Shown here piece after piece: positions 27,185 through 36,303 of a stretch of 64,000 nucleotides of DNA. The notes beneath the pieces are model-generated. The model had not been told where the DNA came from and did no database searches. It saw only the letters and a program-made list of their open reading frames with translations. The position numbers and the translations under genes are program-made. The DNA lies in the NCBI GenBank assembly GCA_963789705.1, contig CAWBLN010000008.1, positions 83,474-147,473 on the forward strand, read 5' to 3'. Within the stretch, counting starts at the first letter, position 1, and each line of letters opens with the position of its first letter. This DNA is from an uncultured Thermoleophilaceae bacterium (lineage in GTDB: Bacteria; Actinomycetota; Thermoleophilia; Solirubrobacterales; Thermoleophilaceae).

Positions 27185-29127
27185 GCACGGCCAAGACCAG
27201 GAGCCCGGTGAAGCCAACCCGCAAGGCAAAGACCGACGGCAAGCTGGCGGGCGTGCCTGCGCATGAGAGCGCCGCTGCGCCGTCGCCGTTCCCGCCGATC
27301 GGGAACTACGCGTTCCTATCCAACTGCCACACCGGCGCGCTTGTCGCCCCCGACGGGGCGGTCGACTGGCTCTGCGTGCCGCGCTTCGACTCACCCAGCG
27401 TGTTCGGCACCCTGCTCGATCGCCAGGCGGGGTCCTTCCGCCTGGCTCCGTTTGGGGTCAACGTCCCGACGGCTCGGATCTATGAGCCTGGTACCAACAC
27501 CCTCGTCACGACCTGGAACGCGCCCACCGGCTGGGTGCTGGTGCGCGACGCGCTCACTATCGGCCCGCGCCAGCGCGAGGATGAAATCACCCCGCACACC
27601 CGGCCGCCGGCCGACGACGACGGCGACCACATACTCGTACGTACGGTCCTCTGCCTCAATGGAAGCGTCGAAGTCGAGTTGGTGTGCGAGCCGGTCTTCG
27701 ACTACGGGCGCACGCCGGCGGAGTGGTCGCTGGTCGACGGGAGTCGCCACACGGCCGACGCAACGGGCGCCGACCAGACGATCCGGCTCCAGACCAACAT
27801 GGCGGTCGGCGTCGAGGGCGAACGGATCAGGGCCCGGCACACCCTCGAGCAGGGCGACCAGGTCTTCTGCGCGCTCTCCTGGGCCGAAGACCTCGCCTCG
27901 CCCCAGAGCATCGACGAGGCCAACGAGAGGCTCGCCGCGACCACGCGCTACTGGCGGTCCTGGCTGGACCGGTCACGCCCGGTCGACCACCGCTGGCGCG
28001 AGCCGATCGAGCGTTCTGCGCTGGCGATCAAGGGCCTGACCTACATGCCCACTGGCGCGACGGTCGCCGCGCTCACCACCTCCCTGCCGGAGACGCCGGG
28101 CGGCGAGCGCAACTGGGACTACCGCTTCACCTGGATGCGCGACTCGACCTTCACGCTCCAGGCGCTGCATTACCTCAACCTGGACTGGGAGGCCGATGAG
28201 TTCATGCAGTTCGTCGCCGACTTGGAGGCCAACGAGGATGGGGCGCTGCAGATCATGTACGGGATCGACGGCCGGCGCGACCTCACCGAGTCCACGCGGG
28301 AAGAACTCTCCGGCTACGCGGGAGCCCATCCGGTGCGAATCGGCAACGGCGCCTTCGACCAGCGCCAAAATGACGTCTTCGGCGCCGTGCTGGACTCGAT
28401 CCTGCTCCACACGCGGCGCAGCCAGCGGCTGCCGAGGCGGTTGTGGCCGATTGTGCAGGCGCAGGCCGAGTGCGCCACCCGTGTCTGGAAGAGCCCGGAC
28501 CAGGGGATCTGGGAGGCCCGTGGCGAGCCGCAGCACTACGTGTCCTCGAAGTTGATGTGCTGGGTCGCGCTGGACAGGGCGGCGAAGCTGGCCGGCATCC
28601 GCGGCGACCGGGAGGCGGAGGCCACCTGGCGCGCCACCGCAGACGAGATCAAGGCGGACATCCTCGAGCACGGCGCCCGCGACGGTGTGCTGCGCCAGCA
28701 CTACGACACCGACGCGCTCGACGCATCCACGTTGCTGGCGGCGCTCTTCGGCTTCCTACCGGGTGACGACGAGAGGCTGCGCAAGTCGGTCGAGGCGATC
28801 GCCGACGACCTGACCGAGGACGGCTTCGTCCTGCGCTATCGCACCGACGAGACCGACGACGGTCTATCGGGTAAGGAGGGGAGCTTCCTGATCTGCTCGT
28901 TCTGGCTCGTGTCGGCGCTGGCGATCGTCGGCGAGCTGCAGCGCGCCCGTGACCTCATGGAGCGCCTGCTCAGCGTCGCCTCGCCGCTCGGCCTGTACGC
29001 CGAGGAGTTCGACACAAGCACCGGCCGGCACCTCGGCAACTTTCCTCAGGCCTTCTCCCATCTCGCGCTCATCCAGGCTGCCGGACGAATCATCCTCGCC
29101 GAGCGGCTTCCGGAATACACGTCGTGA
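27181..29127 (+). CDS. glycoside hydrolase family 15 (glucoamylase/trehalase-like)
   Basis: IGNYAFLSNCHTGALVAPDGAVDWLCVPRFDSPSVF, ERNWDYRFTWMRDSTF, and QRQNDVFG...EGSFLICSFWLV...GNFPQAFSHLALI. Confidence 0.9.
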   Translation: MSTAKTRSPVKPTRKAKTDGKLAGVPAHESAAAPSPFPPIGNYAFLSNCHTGALVAPDGAVDWLCVPRFDSPSVFGTLLDRQAGSFRLAPFGVNVPTARIYEPGTNTLVTTWNAPTGWVLVRDALTIGPRQREDEITPHTRPPADDDGDHILVRTVLCLNGSVEVELVCEPVFDYGRTPAEWSLVDGSRHTADATGADQTIRLQTNMAVGVEGERIRARHTLEQGDQVFCALSWAEDLASPQSIDEANERLAATTRYWRSWLDRSRPVDHRWREPIERSALAIKGLTYMPTGATVAALTTSLPETPGGERNWDYRFTWMRDSTFTLQALHYLNLDWEADEFMQFVADLEANEDGALQIMYGIDGRRDLTESTREELSGYAGAHPVRIGNGAFDQRQNDVFGAVLDSILLHTRRSQRLPRRLWPIVQAQAECATRVWKSPDQGIWEARGEPQHYVSSKLMCWVALDRAAKLAGIRGDREAEATWRATADEIKADILEHGARDGVLRQHYDTDALDASTLLAALFGFLPGDDERLRKSVEAIADDLTEDGFVLRYRTDETDDGLSGKEGSFLICSFWLVSALAIVGELQRARDLMERLLSVASPLGLYAEEFDTSTGRHLGNFPQAFSHLALIQAAGRIILAERLPEYTS

Positions 29128-29199
29128 GCGCCACGAGGTCCCCGTGATCGGAAGCGGCGCCGGCAACGGTACACCCGTGCGCCACCGCGGGCCTGCCCG

Positions 29200-30561
29200 T
29201 CAGAGGGCGGGGGCCGGAGGCGCCGTGCCGGCGGCGTACTCCTGCATCGAGACCTTGCCGGCGGCCCACGCCGCCATCACAGGGTCGATAATGCGCCAGG
29301 CCTCCTCGGCCTCGTCGCCGCGGATGAAAAGCATCGGATTGCCCTGGAGCATCTCCTCGATCAGGTGGGCGTAGGCCGTGAATCGCGGCGGTGTCGACCG
29401 GGCCTCGAGCTGGTGGTTCTCGGCGGTTTGCTCGGGCCCGTTGAGCGTCGTGGCGACGCGCACGTACGGTTCTATGAGCCCGATCCTGAGCACGTTGGGC
29501 TCGACTCCGGGAAAGCGGTCGGTCAGGTACTGGGGGAGCGGACGGAAATGGATGGCGATCTCGGCGGAGTCCGTCTCGAGGGCCTTGCCGGAGCGGAGCG
29601 TGAACGGGACGCCGTCCCACCGCGAGCTGTTCAGGCCGAGGGTCAGGGAGGCGTAAGTCTCGGTCTCGCGGCTGGGGTCCACTCCGGGTTCGTCCACGTA
29701 GGCGGGCACCTGCCGTGAGCCGATCGTGCCGACGGTGTACCGGGCGCGGATCGTGTCGCTGCGCATTCGCTCCGCCAAGGGCGTGGCCACCGTCCGCAGC
29801 GCCTCGACGCGCACATCCCGGAAGGAGGCGGCGTCGGCTCTGGCTGGCTGCTCCATGAGGAGCAGCGCCATGGCCTCCATAAGGTGGTTCTGCACCATGT
29901 CCTTGAGGGCGCCGGCGCCGTCGTAGTAGGAGGCCCGGCCCTCGAGGGTGAGGCTCTCGAGCCAGCTGATGTCGACGCGATCGACGTGCACCGCGTTGAG
30001 AATCGGCTCGAAGACGCGGTTGAGGAATCGCAGGACGATGACGCGGCGGACGAGCTCGCTGGAGAGGAAGTGGTCGATACGGAAGATCGTGGGCGCCGGC
30101 AGCTGGATGCGGAGGAGCTCGTTGAGGTGGTGTGCCGAGGCCAGGTCGGTGCCGAAGGGCTTCTCGATCGCCACTGCGTCCACGGAGTCCAGCGTCGTCG
30201 CAGCGAGCGCCGGTAGGACCTTTGGCAGGAGGCTCGGTGGCAGCGCGAGGTAGACCAGCGTGTCCGGATGGTCGTCGCCGATCACGCGGCTGACGTCCTC
30301 CGGCCGGGTGACGTCGGCGGACTGGAAGCTCAGCATGCTCACGACGCGATCGCGTGTGGCCGGCGTCACGTCCGCGTGCTCCCGCAGTTTGCCGGCGATG
30401 TGCTCGCGGAAGTCGTCGGTCGACCAGTCGGTGATGTCGGACCCGACCAGCGTCAATCCCGCTGGCAGCAGCTTGTCCTCGGCCAACTGGGCGACCGCCG
30501 GCAGCAGCAGGCGGCTGGTCAGATCACCGGAAGCTCCGAACAAGACCATGCGCTCGATCAT
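29200..30561 (-). CDS. zwf: glucose-6-phosphate dehydrogenase
   Basis: MVLFGASGDLTSRLLLPA, EKPFGTDL and RIDHFLSSELVRRVIVLRFLNRVFEPILN. The ATG at 30561 overlaps the upstream gene's stop as ATGA. Confidence 0.9.
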   Translation of the reverse strand: MIERMVLFGASGDLTSRLLLPAVAQLAEDKLLPAGLTLVGSDITDWSTDDFREHIAGKLREHADVTPATRDRVVSMLSFQSADVTRPEDVSRVIGDDHPDTLVYLALPPSLLPKVLPALAATTLDSVDAVAIEKPFGTDLASAHHLNELLRIQLPAPTIFRIDHFLSSELVRRVIVLRFLNRVFEPILNAVHVDRVDISWLESLTLEGRASYYDGAGALKDMVQNHLMEAMALLLMEQPARADAASFRDVRVEALRTVATPLAERMRSDTIRARYTVGTIGSRQVPAYVDEPGVDPSRETETYASLTLGLNSSRWDGVPFTLRSGKALETDSAEIAIHFRPLPQYLTDRFPGVEPNVLRIGLIEPYVRVATTLNGPEQTAENHQLEARSTPPRFTAYAHLIEEMLQGNPMLFIRGDEAEEAWRIIDPVMAAWAAGKVSMQEYAAGTAPPAPAL

Positions 30562-31461
30562 GGTGTGTCGCCTTTCTCGTCTCGTCGTGGGAGGTCTGTG
30601 TAGCGCGACGAGGGCTGGCCCGTCACCCCGGGGCGGCAACGGAAGATCGCGCCCGCCAGCGGCTCGTCGGCGCGCCGCTCGGAGTCGACCCATGACGTCG
30701 TGATGTAGAGGTCACCGCCGTCGCCGCCGCCGAAGACCACCGAGGTGGGATTCGACGTCGGCAGCTCGACGACGCTGTCGAGCGTGCCGTCGGCGCGGTA
30801 GCGGTGGACCGCCCCGGCTCGTCCAACTGCGACCCACAGCATGCCTTCACCGTCGACGGTCATGCCGTCCGGCCAGAGCTGCTCCCGGCTGAGATCGAGG
30901 AACCGCCGACGACCGCTGAGGACCCCGGTGGGGCGGTCAAGGTCGAAGACGTCGACGACGCAGTCGGCCGTGTCGGCTAGGTAGAGCAGCCCCCGCGGCT
31001 CATCGAACGCGGGCCCGTTGGAGATCGTCAGGCCGCCGACCACACGGGTCACCCGGTCGCCGTCGACGCGGTACAACGCCGCGTTCCGGCGCCGCTTGTC
31101 GAAGGCCATCGTGCCGACCCAGACCCTTCCATGGCTGTCGGCCTTGGCGTCGTTGGCGCGGTTCTCGGGCCTGTCCTGCTCGATCGGAACGCGCAGATCC
31201 AGCGTGCCTGTGGTCCGGTCGAGCACCGCCAGGCCCTCCGGGCTTGCCACCACCGGCTCGCCCGTCGCGCCGAGCACCACGCCACCCGGCTGCCCGCTGG
31301 TGCTCCAGGAGCTGTGCTCAGAGGACTCCGGATACCAGCAATGCACCCGCTCTGCGGGGATATCCACCCACCACAGGCGGGCCGTCGCGGCATCCCACAG
31401 CGGGCCCTCCGCGTGCTGCGCCCGCACGCTCAGCGCGACCTCGACAGGGGTATCGCCCATG
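30558..31461 (-). CDS. SMP-30/gluconolactonase/LRE family protein
   Basis: AEGPLWDAATARLWWVDI..., NDAKADSHGRVWVGTM, SNGPAFDE..LYLADT and PDGMTVDGEGMLWVA. The conserved start is the ATG at 31461. An in-frame ATG at 31643 would add 60 low-complexity residues. Confidence 0.85.
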
Positions 31462-31721
31462 CGGCAGACCCCCGTCAGGCGTGGGCCAGCGCCCGCGAGC
31501 GCCGGGTCGGTCGCCCCGTACCCAGTCGCTCGGTGCGAAGCTCGAATTCGCCGATCAGCAGCCTGTGCGGGGCCTGGGCGCGCGGATCGGGGTCCGAGGG
31601 GGTCTCTGGCGCGGACACTGCGTTCCTCCTTCGGGGCCGCCATAGTCGAGGGTCGCTTGGTCTCTGAGCAGCGTTGCGACGCTCGTGCTTCCGGCGCAGC
31701 GTAGGGATGTGCCCGCCCGTC

Positions 31722-31747
31722 CGCCTCATCCCGATGGCATGATTTCG
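31722..31747 (-). promoter_or_regulatory. recurrent upstream motif, copy e (short-spacer variant)
   Basis: Gene-orientation sequence CGAAATCATGCCATCGGGATGAGGCG. It faces the SMP-30/zwf operon, 261 nt from the ATG at 31461 and 79 nt from the ATG at 31643. Confidence 0.5.
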
Positions 31748-31956
31748 AGCCTTCCGGGGGCGGCAATCCGCCGCCACGACGTGGCCGAGGTCCATCCTGC
31801 GTCGTCGAGCTCTCCAGGTCAAGGAGCATGGCGCCGCCTCGATGTCGTGGTCCACGGGCGCTCGGCGACCGCCTCGCTCCAGCGCGACCAAACTTGCCAG
31901 ACTCCCGGAAGATCGGAGCACACAACGACCGCAGAGCGGCTTCGCGGCACCACGAA

Positions 31957-33417
31957 ATGCCTTCCGCACGCACAGACGACCTCGATGTGATCGTGATCGG
32001 CGCCGGGCCGGCGGGCGTCGTCGCCGCGCTGCGTGCGGCGCGACTCGGAGCTCGAACGGCGCTCGTCACACGCGACGAACTCGGGGGAATGGCCGCTAAC
32101 GACGGGCCGGTGCCGGTGCGGACCCTGGCCTACGCGGCGCGCCTGATGCGGGAGGCAAGGCAACTCGGGCATTACGGAATCAGCGCCGGCGAGCCCACGC
32201 TCGACTATCGGCGTCTGCTCGCGCGCGTGCGCGAGGTGACCGGCGACGTGCGCGCGCACGCGCTCTTGCGCGACGAGCTCCAACAGGCCGGCGTGGCGCT
32301 CTACGAACACGCTGGAACCGCTCGCTTCGTCGAGCCGCACGTGATCGAAAGCGACGACGGACCGCGACTGCGAGCCGCGAACGTCATCGTGTGCACCGGG
32401 GGCGCGTCGCGCAGGCTCCCAGTGCCAGGCTTCGAGCTGACCTGCACGCACAGCGACGCCTGGCGCCTCGAATCGGCCCCCGACTCGCTGCTGGTGATCG
32501 GCGCCGGTGCGACCGGGGTCCAGGTCGCCTCGATCTTCAACGCGTTCGGATCTCGGGTCACCGTATTCGAGGCCGCCCCCCGCATCCTCATGAGTGAGGA
32601 CGAGCAGGTGGCGGCAGCGATGCGCACGGCGCTGGAGGCCTCCGGGGTGCGGATCCTCGAGCACGCCGGAACGATCGAGCGCTTCGAGCCTTGTCCCGCT
32701 GGAGTGCGACTTGTCTATTCCGGGAGCGGTGCGCAGGCGCACGTCGACGCGACGCTCGCCGTCGTCGCGGTCGGCTGGGTCGCGAACACCGAGGGCCTCG
32801 ATCTCGCCGCCGCGGGGGTGCAGACCGAGCAGCGGGGCTACATCGAGGTGGACTCCCAGCTCCGCACGACCGCGCCGGGCATCTACGCCGCGGGAGACGT
32901 CACCGGGCACCTGATGGTCGTCCACGAGGCCGCGCGCGAGGCCTTCCTCGCCGCGACCAACGCAGCCGTCGGACGCACCGACGTCCTTCCCGCGGAGGTC
33001 AGTCCGCTCGGCAGCTTCACCGACCCCGAATACGCCTCTGTCGGGCTCAGCGAGGCGGCCGCCCGCGAGACCCATGACGTCGTCGTGGGGACGGAGGGCT
33101 TCGATTCCATGCCGCGTCCGATCATCGATGGTCGCACCACAGGGTTCTGCAAGCTCGTCGCCGACCGCGAGAACCACGCGATCCTCGGCTGTCACATCGT
33201 GGGTGAGCGGGCCGTCGAACTCGCCCAACTGGCGGCGCTCGCGGTGGCGTCCGGCATGAAGGTCGAGCAGCTCGCCCTGGTTCCCTTCTCGTTCCCCACC
33301 TACGCCAACGCGCTCGGACGCGCAGCGGTCAGAGCCGCGCGCCAGCTCGACTCTCACTCGGGCTGGGCAAACCAGGGAATGGCATCGGACGCCGGAATCG
33401 CCGCGGCCCCTGACTGA
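31957..33417 (+). CDS. dihydrolipoyl dehydrogenase / pyridine nucleotide-disulfide oxidoreductase homolog lacking the redox-active disulfide
   Basis: DVIVIGAGPAGVVAALRAARLG, then GGMAANDGPVPVRTL where GGTCLNVGCIPSK is expected. Second Rossmann motif LLVIGAGATGVQVA. The C-terminus reads FPTYAN in place of HPT.SE. Confidence 0.85.
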   Translation: MPSARTDDLDVIVIGAGPAGVVAALRAARLGARTALVTRDELGGMAANDGPVPVRTLAYAARLMREARQLGHYGISAGEPTLDYRRLLARVREVTGDVRAHALLRDELQQAGVALYEHAGTARFVEPHVIESDDGPRLRAANVIVCTGGASRRLPVPGFELTCTHSDAWRLESAPDSLLVIGAGATGVQVASIFNAFGSRVTVFEAAPRILMSEDEQVAAAMRTALEASGVRILEHAGTIERFEPCPAGVRLVYSGSGAQAHVDATLAVVAVGWVANTEGLDLAAAGVQTEQRGYIEVDSQLRTTAPGIYAAGDVTGHLMVVHEAAREAFLAATNAAVGRTDVLPAEVSPLGSFTDPEYASVGLSEAAARETHDVVVGTEGFDSMPRPIIDGRTTGFCKLVADRENHAILGCHIVGERAVELAQLAALAVASGMKVEQLALVPFSFPTYANALGRAAVRAARQLDSHSGWANQGMASDAGIAAAPD

Positions 33418-33499
33418 GGCACTTTCGGTCCCCGCGAGATCCGCGAGCGCGAACGGTCACCTGCTCCCGGGCGACCCGTCTACCGCACGATGTGGCTAG

Positions 33500-33895
33500 C
33501 TACGCCAGCGCTCTCTGCTTGATCTGCTCGAACTCGGTCTGACTGATCGCGCCGCTGTCGAGCAGTTGCTTCGCGCGTGCGATCTCGCTGCCGGGCCCGC
33601 CGTTGCCGGCCGCGTGGCGGACGTGGGCGTCGAACTCCGCCTTCTTAGCCTGGGCCTGTTGAACGTCGCGTTGGTCCATCTCCCTGCCCTCGGCGATCAG
33701 GTAGACCAAGACGCCGAGCAACGGCACGACAATCACGAACACGGACCAGAAGAACTTCGCCCAGCCGCCGATGTCGTCCCTGCGAAAGACGTCCGCGAAG
33801 ACCCTGATCAGGAGCCAGAACCAGACCACGAAGCCGAAGAACACGAGCATCGTGCCGAGAATGTCGAGGAATGGGTAGTCAGCCGCAATCACCAT
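33500..33895 (-). CDS. PLD-nuclease-N-terminal-type membrane domain plus SHOCT domain protein
   Basis: ATG at 33895. Contains FVVWFWLLIRVFADVFRRDDIGGWAKFFWSVFVIVVPLLGVLVYL, and a C-terminal AKQLLDSGAISQTEFEQIKQRAL (SHOCT). Confidence 0.8.
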   Translation of the reverse strand: MVIAADYPFLDILGTMLVFFGFVVWFWLLIRVFADVFRRDDIGGWAKFFWSVFVIVVPLLGVLVYLIAEGREMDQRDVQQAQAKKAEFDAHVRHAAGNGGPGSEIARAKQLLDSGAISQTEFEQIKQRALA

Positions 33896-33948
33896 GGAGT
33901 CCCTTTCTGTCGAACGCCACGGCGATTGTCCCCCTGCCCCCGGGCCGC

Positions 33949-33975
33949 GCGCATCCCCCAGATCGGGGGATCTCT
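33949..33975 (-). promoter_or_regulatory. recurrent upstream motif, copy j (degenerate left arm)
   Basis: Gene-orientation sequence AGAGATCCCCCGATCTGGGGGATGCGC, 54 nt upstream of the ATG at 33895. Internal spacing is the same as in the main class. Confidence 0.45.
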
Positions 33976-34090
33976 GCACCTCAGACTCTTGTCGAGGCTC
34001 CGATGATGGAGGCTTGACGTGAGCGCAGTGACCGGCATCTGGTGTGCCTCGCGGGCCGCCGAGCGCGGGTTCGCTGTGGCTCGCGGCCGA

Positions 34091-35488
34091 TCAGAGGCCT
34101 GTCTTGGCCGCGAGGCGGCCGGAACCCACGGCCTCTTTCAGGGCGTCATAGTCGCGCTCGTTCTGGTCGGCGTAGGCCTCGGCGAACGAGGCCAGCGCAC
34201 GGTCGAAGCGGTCGCCCGCACCGAGATAGCTTCCGATCGCGATCGCGTCCCCTGAGCGGGCGTGCGCCTTCGCGAGCGCCCGGCCGCACAGCTCCGCGTA
34301 GATCGTCATCGCCTGCGGGTCCATCATCTCGACGATTGCGGAGCCCTTGCCGTCCCAGAGCTGGCGCATGTAGAAATCGCGGCTCAGGCCGTCCAAGCCC
34401 GTGGCCCGGATCCAGCCGAGCATGATGTCGCCGGCGGCCTGCGTCAGTCGCTGGCCCTCGACGACCCGCTGGCCTTGCTTGGCGAAAGCGGTCTTGCCCA
34501 AGAACGGCTCGAGCACCGACGCCTGCGCCTCCTTGAGCTGCAGGAACAGCGGGTCGTTCTCGTCGCGGCCGAGCATGAGCACGACCCAGGCGCGCGTGCC
34601 GACGCTGCCCACGCCCACCACCTTCCGCGCCGCGTGGACGTACCGAAACCGCTCCAGCAGCTCCCTGCGGTCCGCGGTCAGGGTACGCCGGTAGGAGCGG
34701 AGGACTCCCCGCACGAACTCCTCGATCTCATCCTGCTCGACGCCGGACGCCAGCTCCTCGATCGGCATGATGAGCGGCGGGTCGCTCGCGATCCTGGGCT
34801 CGCCGTCGACGAGCTCGGTGAGCTTCGCGAATGCCCTCAGGCTGTCCTTCGATCGCGCCTTCGCCACGTTGCGCTCGAACCGCTTCCGCTGCTTCGCGGT
34901 CCCCTGCCGAGCCGCCAGCGCGGCGATCTCGTCCACGTCGATGCGGGAGTACCAGATGTCAAGGTTGGACATCTGGCCGAACCCCCTGATCGCCTCCCGG
35001 TACGACCGCGTCACCGCCCGATTGATCGAACGCCGCCGTTTCGCGTCAAAGCCTCGATCCCGGCCGGCCACGGCGAAGCTGGCCGCCAGCCGCTTCACGT
35101 CCCACTCGAATGGGCCTGGCAACGTCTCGTCGAAGTCATTGATGCTGAACACCAGCCGCCGGTCGGGCGCGGCGAAACCACCGAAGTTGGACAGATGCGC
35201 ATCGCCACAGAGCTGCACCTGTAGCCCGGTCCGAGGAGCGCCGGCCAGATCGGCCGCCATCGGGTACGCCGCCCCACGGAAAAACGTGAACGGCGACACC
35301 AGCATCCGCCCATAGCGGATCGGCACCAGCTCGGGCACACGCGAAACCGCCTGCTCCTCCAGCAACTCGACCGGATCACGCCGATCAGAGGCCGGCTCCC
35401 ACTCGCCCTGGCCCGAGCGCGGCGCCACCGCCCTGGCCGCCTTGCCCCTTTCCGCCCGCTCCCGAGGCGTCAGGTGCGGTTCCGCCAT
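34091..35488 (-). CDS. DUF2252 domain protein (intact copy)
   Basis: 465-aa ORF. ATG preceded by GAAGGGAG. Contains RVPELVPIRYGRMLVSPFTFFRGAAYPMAADL...LCGDAHLSNFG...FSINDFDET. Confidence 0.9.
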   Translation of the reverse strand: MAEPHLTPRERAERGKAARAVAPRSGQGEWEPASDRRDPVELLEEQAVSRVPELVPIRYGRMLVSPFTFFRGAAYPMAADLAGAPRTGLQVQLCGDAHLSNFGGFAAPDRRLVFSINDFDETLPGPFEWDVKRLAASFAVAGRDRGFDAKRRRSINRAVTRSYREAIRGFGQMSNLDIWYSRIDVDEIAALAARQGTAKQRKRFERNVAKARSKDSLRAFAKLTELVDGEPRIASDPPLIMPIEELASGVEQDEIEEFVRGVLRSYRRTLTADRRELLERFRYVHAARKVVGVGSVGTRAWVVLMLGRDENDPLFLQLKEAQASVLEPFLGKTAFAKQGQRVVEGQRLTQAAGDIMLGWIRATGLDGLSRDFYMRQLWDGKGSAIVEMMDPQAMTIYAELCGRALAKAHARSGDAIAIGSYLGAGDRFDRALASFAEAYADQNERDYDALKEAVGSGRLAAKTGL

Positions 35489-35555
35489 GATGTCGCTCCC
35501 TTCGCGGTCGGCCTAGCGTTTGCCGTCGGTTCCCATCGAACTGCGCCTGAGCCGA

Positions 35556-35584
35556 TGCGTCATCACCCAGATGGAATGAAATCT
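35556..35584 (-). promoter_or_regulatory. recurrent upstream motif, copy f1
   Basis: Gene-orientation sequence AGATTTCATTCCATCTGGGTGATGACGCA, 68 nt upstream of the DUF2252 ATG at 35488. Confidence 0.6.
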
Positions 35585-35590
35585 CGCTGC

Positions 35591-35617
35591 CGATTTCATC
35601 CGATCCGGGCGATGACC
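35591..35617 (+). promoter_or_regulatory. recurrent upstream motif, copy f2 (orphan: no ORF start downstream)
   Basis: CGATTTCATCCGATCCGGGCGATGACC, 6 nt from f1 in inverted orientation. It points into the 3' end of the convergent PAP2 gene. Confidence 0.5.
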
Positions 35618-35680
35618 ACTTGTAAATGGCGGTTCAGGATCGGCGCCATGTGTGTCCTGATACGGCTACCGCTACGACGG

Positions 35681-36289
35681 CTACCGGTTGCGGTGCACGT
35701 GACGGGGCCCGCGGCGGGCGAGTGCGTGTGTGGTGAGCTGCGCCAGTGCGGTGCCGATCAGTGCGCCGGCCAGCACGTCCCCGGGGTAGTGGACACCGGT
35801 GTGGACGCGCGAGTACGCCACCAGTGCGGCGAGCGCGTGCAGCGGGGCAGCGGCCGCCGGCGACGCGTGGCCGACTCCGGTCGCGAACGCGAAGGCGCTG
35901 GCGGAGTGCCCGGAGGGAAACGAGCGCGAGCTCGGCATCCGCACATGGCGGGCGAGCGGGACATCGCGCGCGAGACGGTCGGGGCGACGCCGCCGCGCGA
36001 GCGGCTTGACGGCGACGTTGACCACGGTCGAGGTGACACCGAGCGACGCGAGCCCCTGGGCGGCCGCGCGGCGGCCGGTCCTCCCCCCGGCGAGCGCGAG
36101 CAGCGCGGAGGAGGCCATGGACAGGCGCGAGTAGTCGGCGGCACGCGAGAGCCGGCTCATCGCGACGTCGAGCGCCGGGGTCGGCGTGCGGGCGATGGCG
36201 GCGTAGATCGCGAGATCCAGGCGCTCGGCGTCCTCGATCCAGCGCGGCCGGCGCGGCCGGGCGTTCGTGGGTTCGGCGTCAGGGTTCAA
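35681..36289 (-). CDS. PAP2-family phosphatase (membrane)
   Basis: KPLARRRRP, PSGHSASAF and SRVHTGVHYPGDV, which are the three PAP2 signature blocks. TTG start at 36289. Confidence 0.8.
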   Translation of the reverse strand: MNPDAEPTNARPRRPRWIEDAERLDLAIYAAIARTPTPALDVAMSRLSRAADYSRLSMASSALLALAGGRTGRRAAAQGLASLGVTSTVVNVAVKPLARRRRPDRLARDVPLARHVRMPSSRSFPSGHSASAFAFATGVGHASPAAAAPLHALAALVAYSRVHTGVHYPGDVLAGALIGTALAQLTTHALARRGPRHVHRNR

Positions 36290-36303
36290 GGAGGCCGGAT
36301 CCT

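Noticed and set aside
35618-35696. Reading this stretch as the residual 3' end of a deleted 4-TM membrane gene, by comparison with 24981-25018.
   Set aside because: Apart from the PAP2-derived 17-mer (acgtgacggggcccgcg), the similarity to the 3' end of the 24629-25018 gene is too weak to assert by eye. Only the leader similarity after the motif is retained, and only as a hypothesis.
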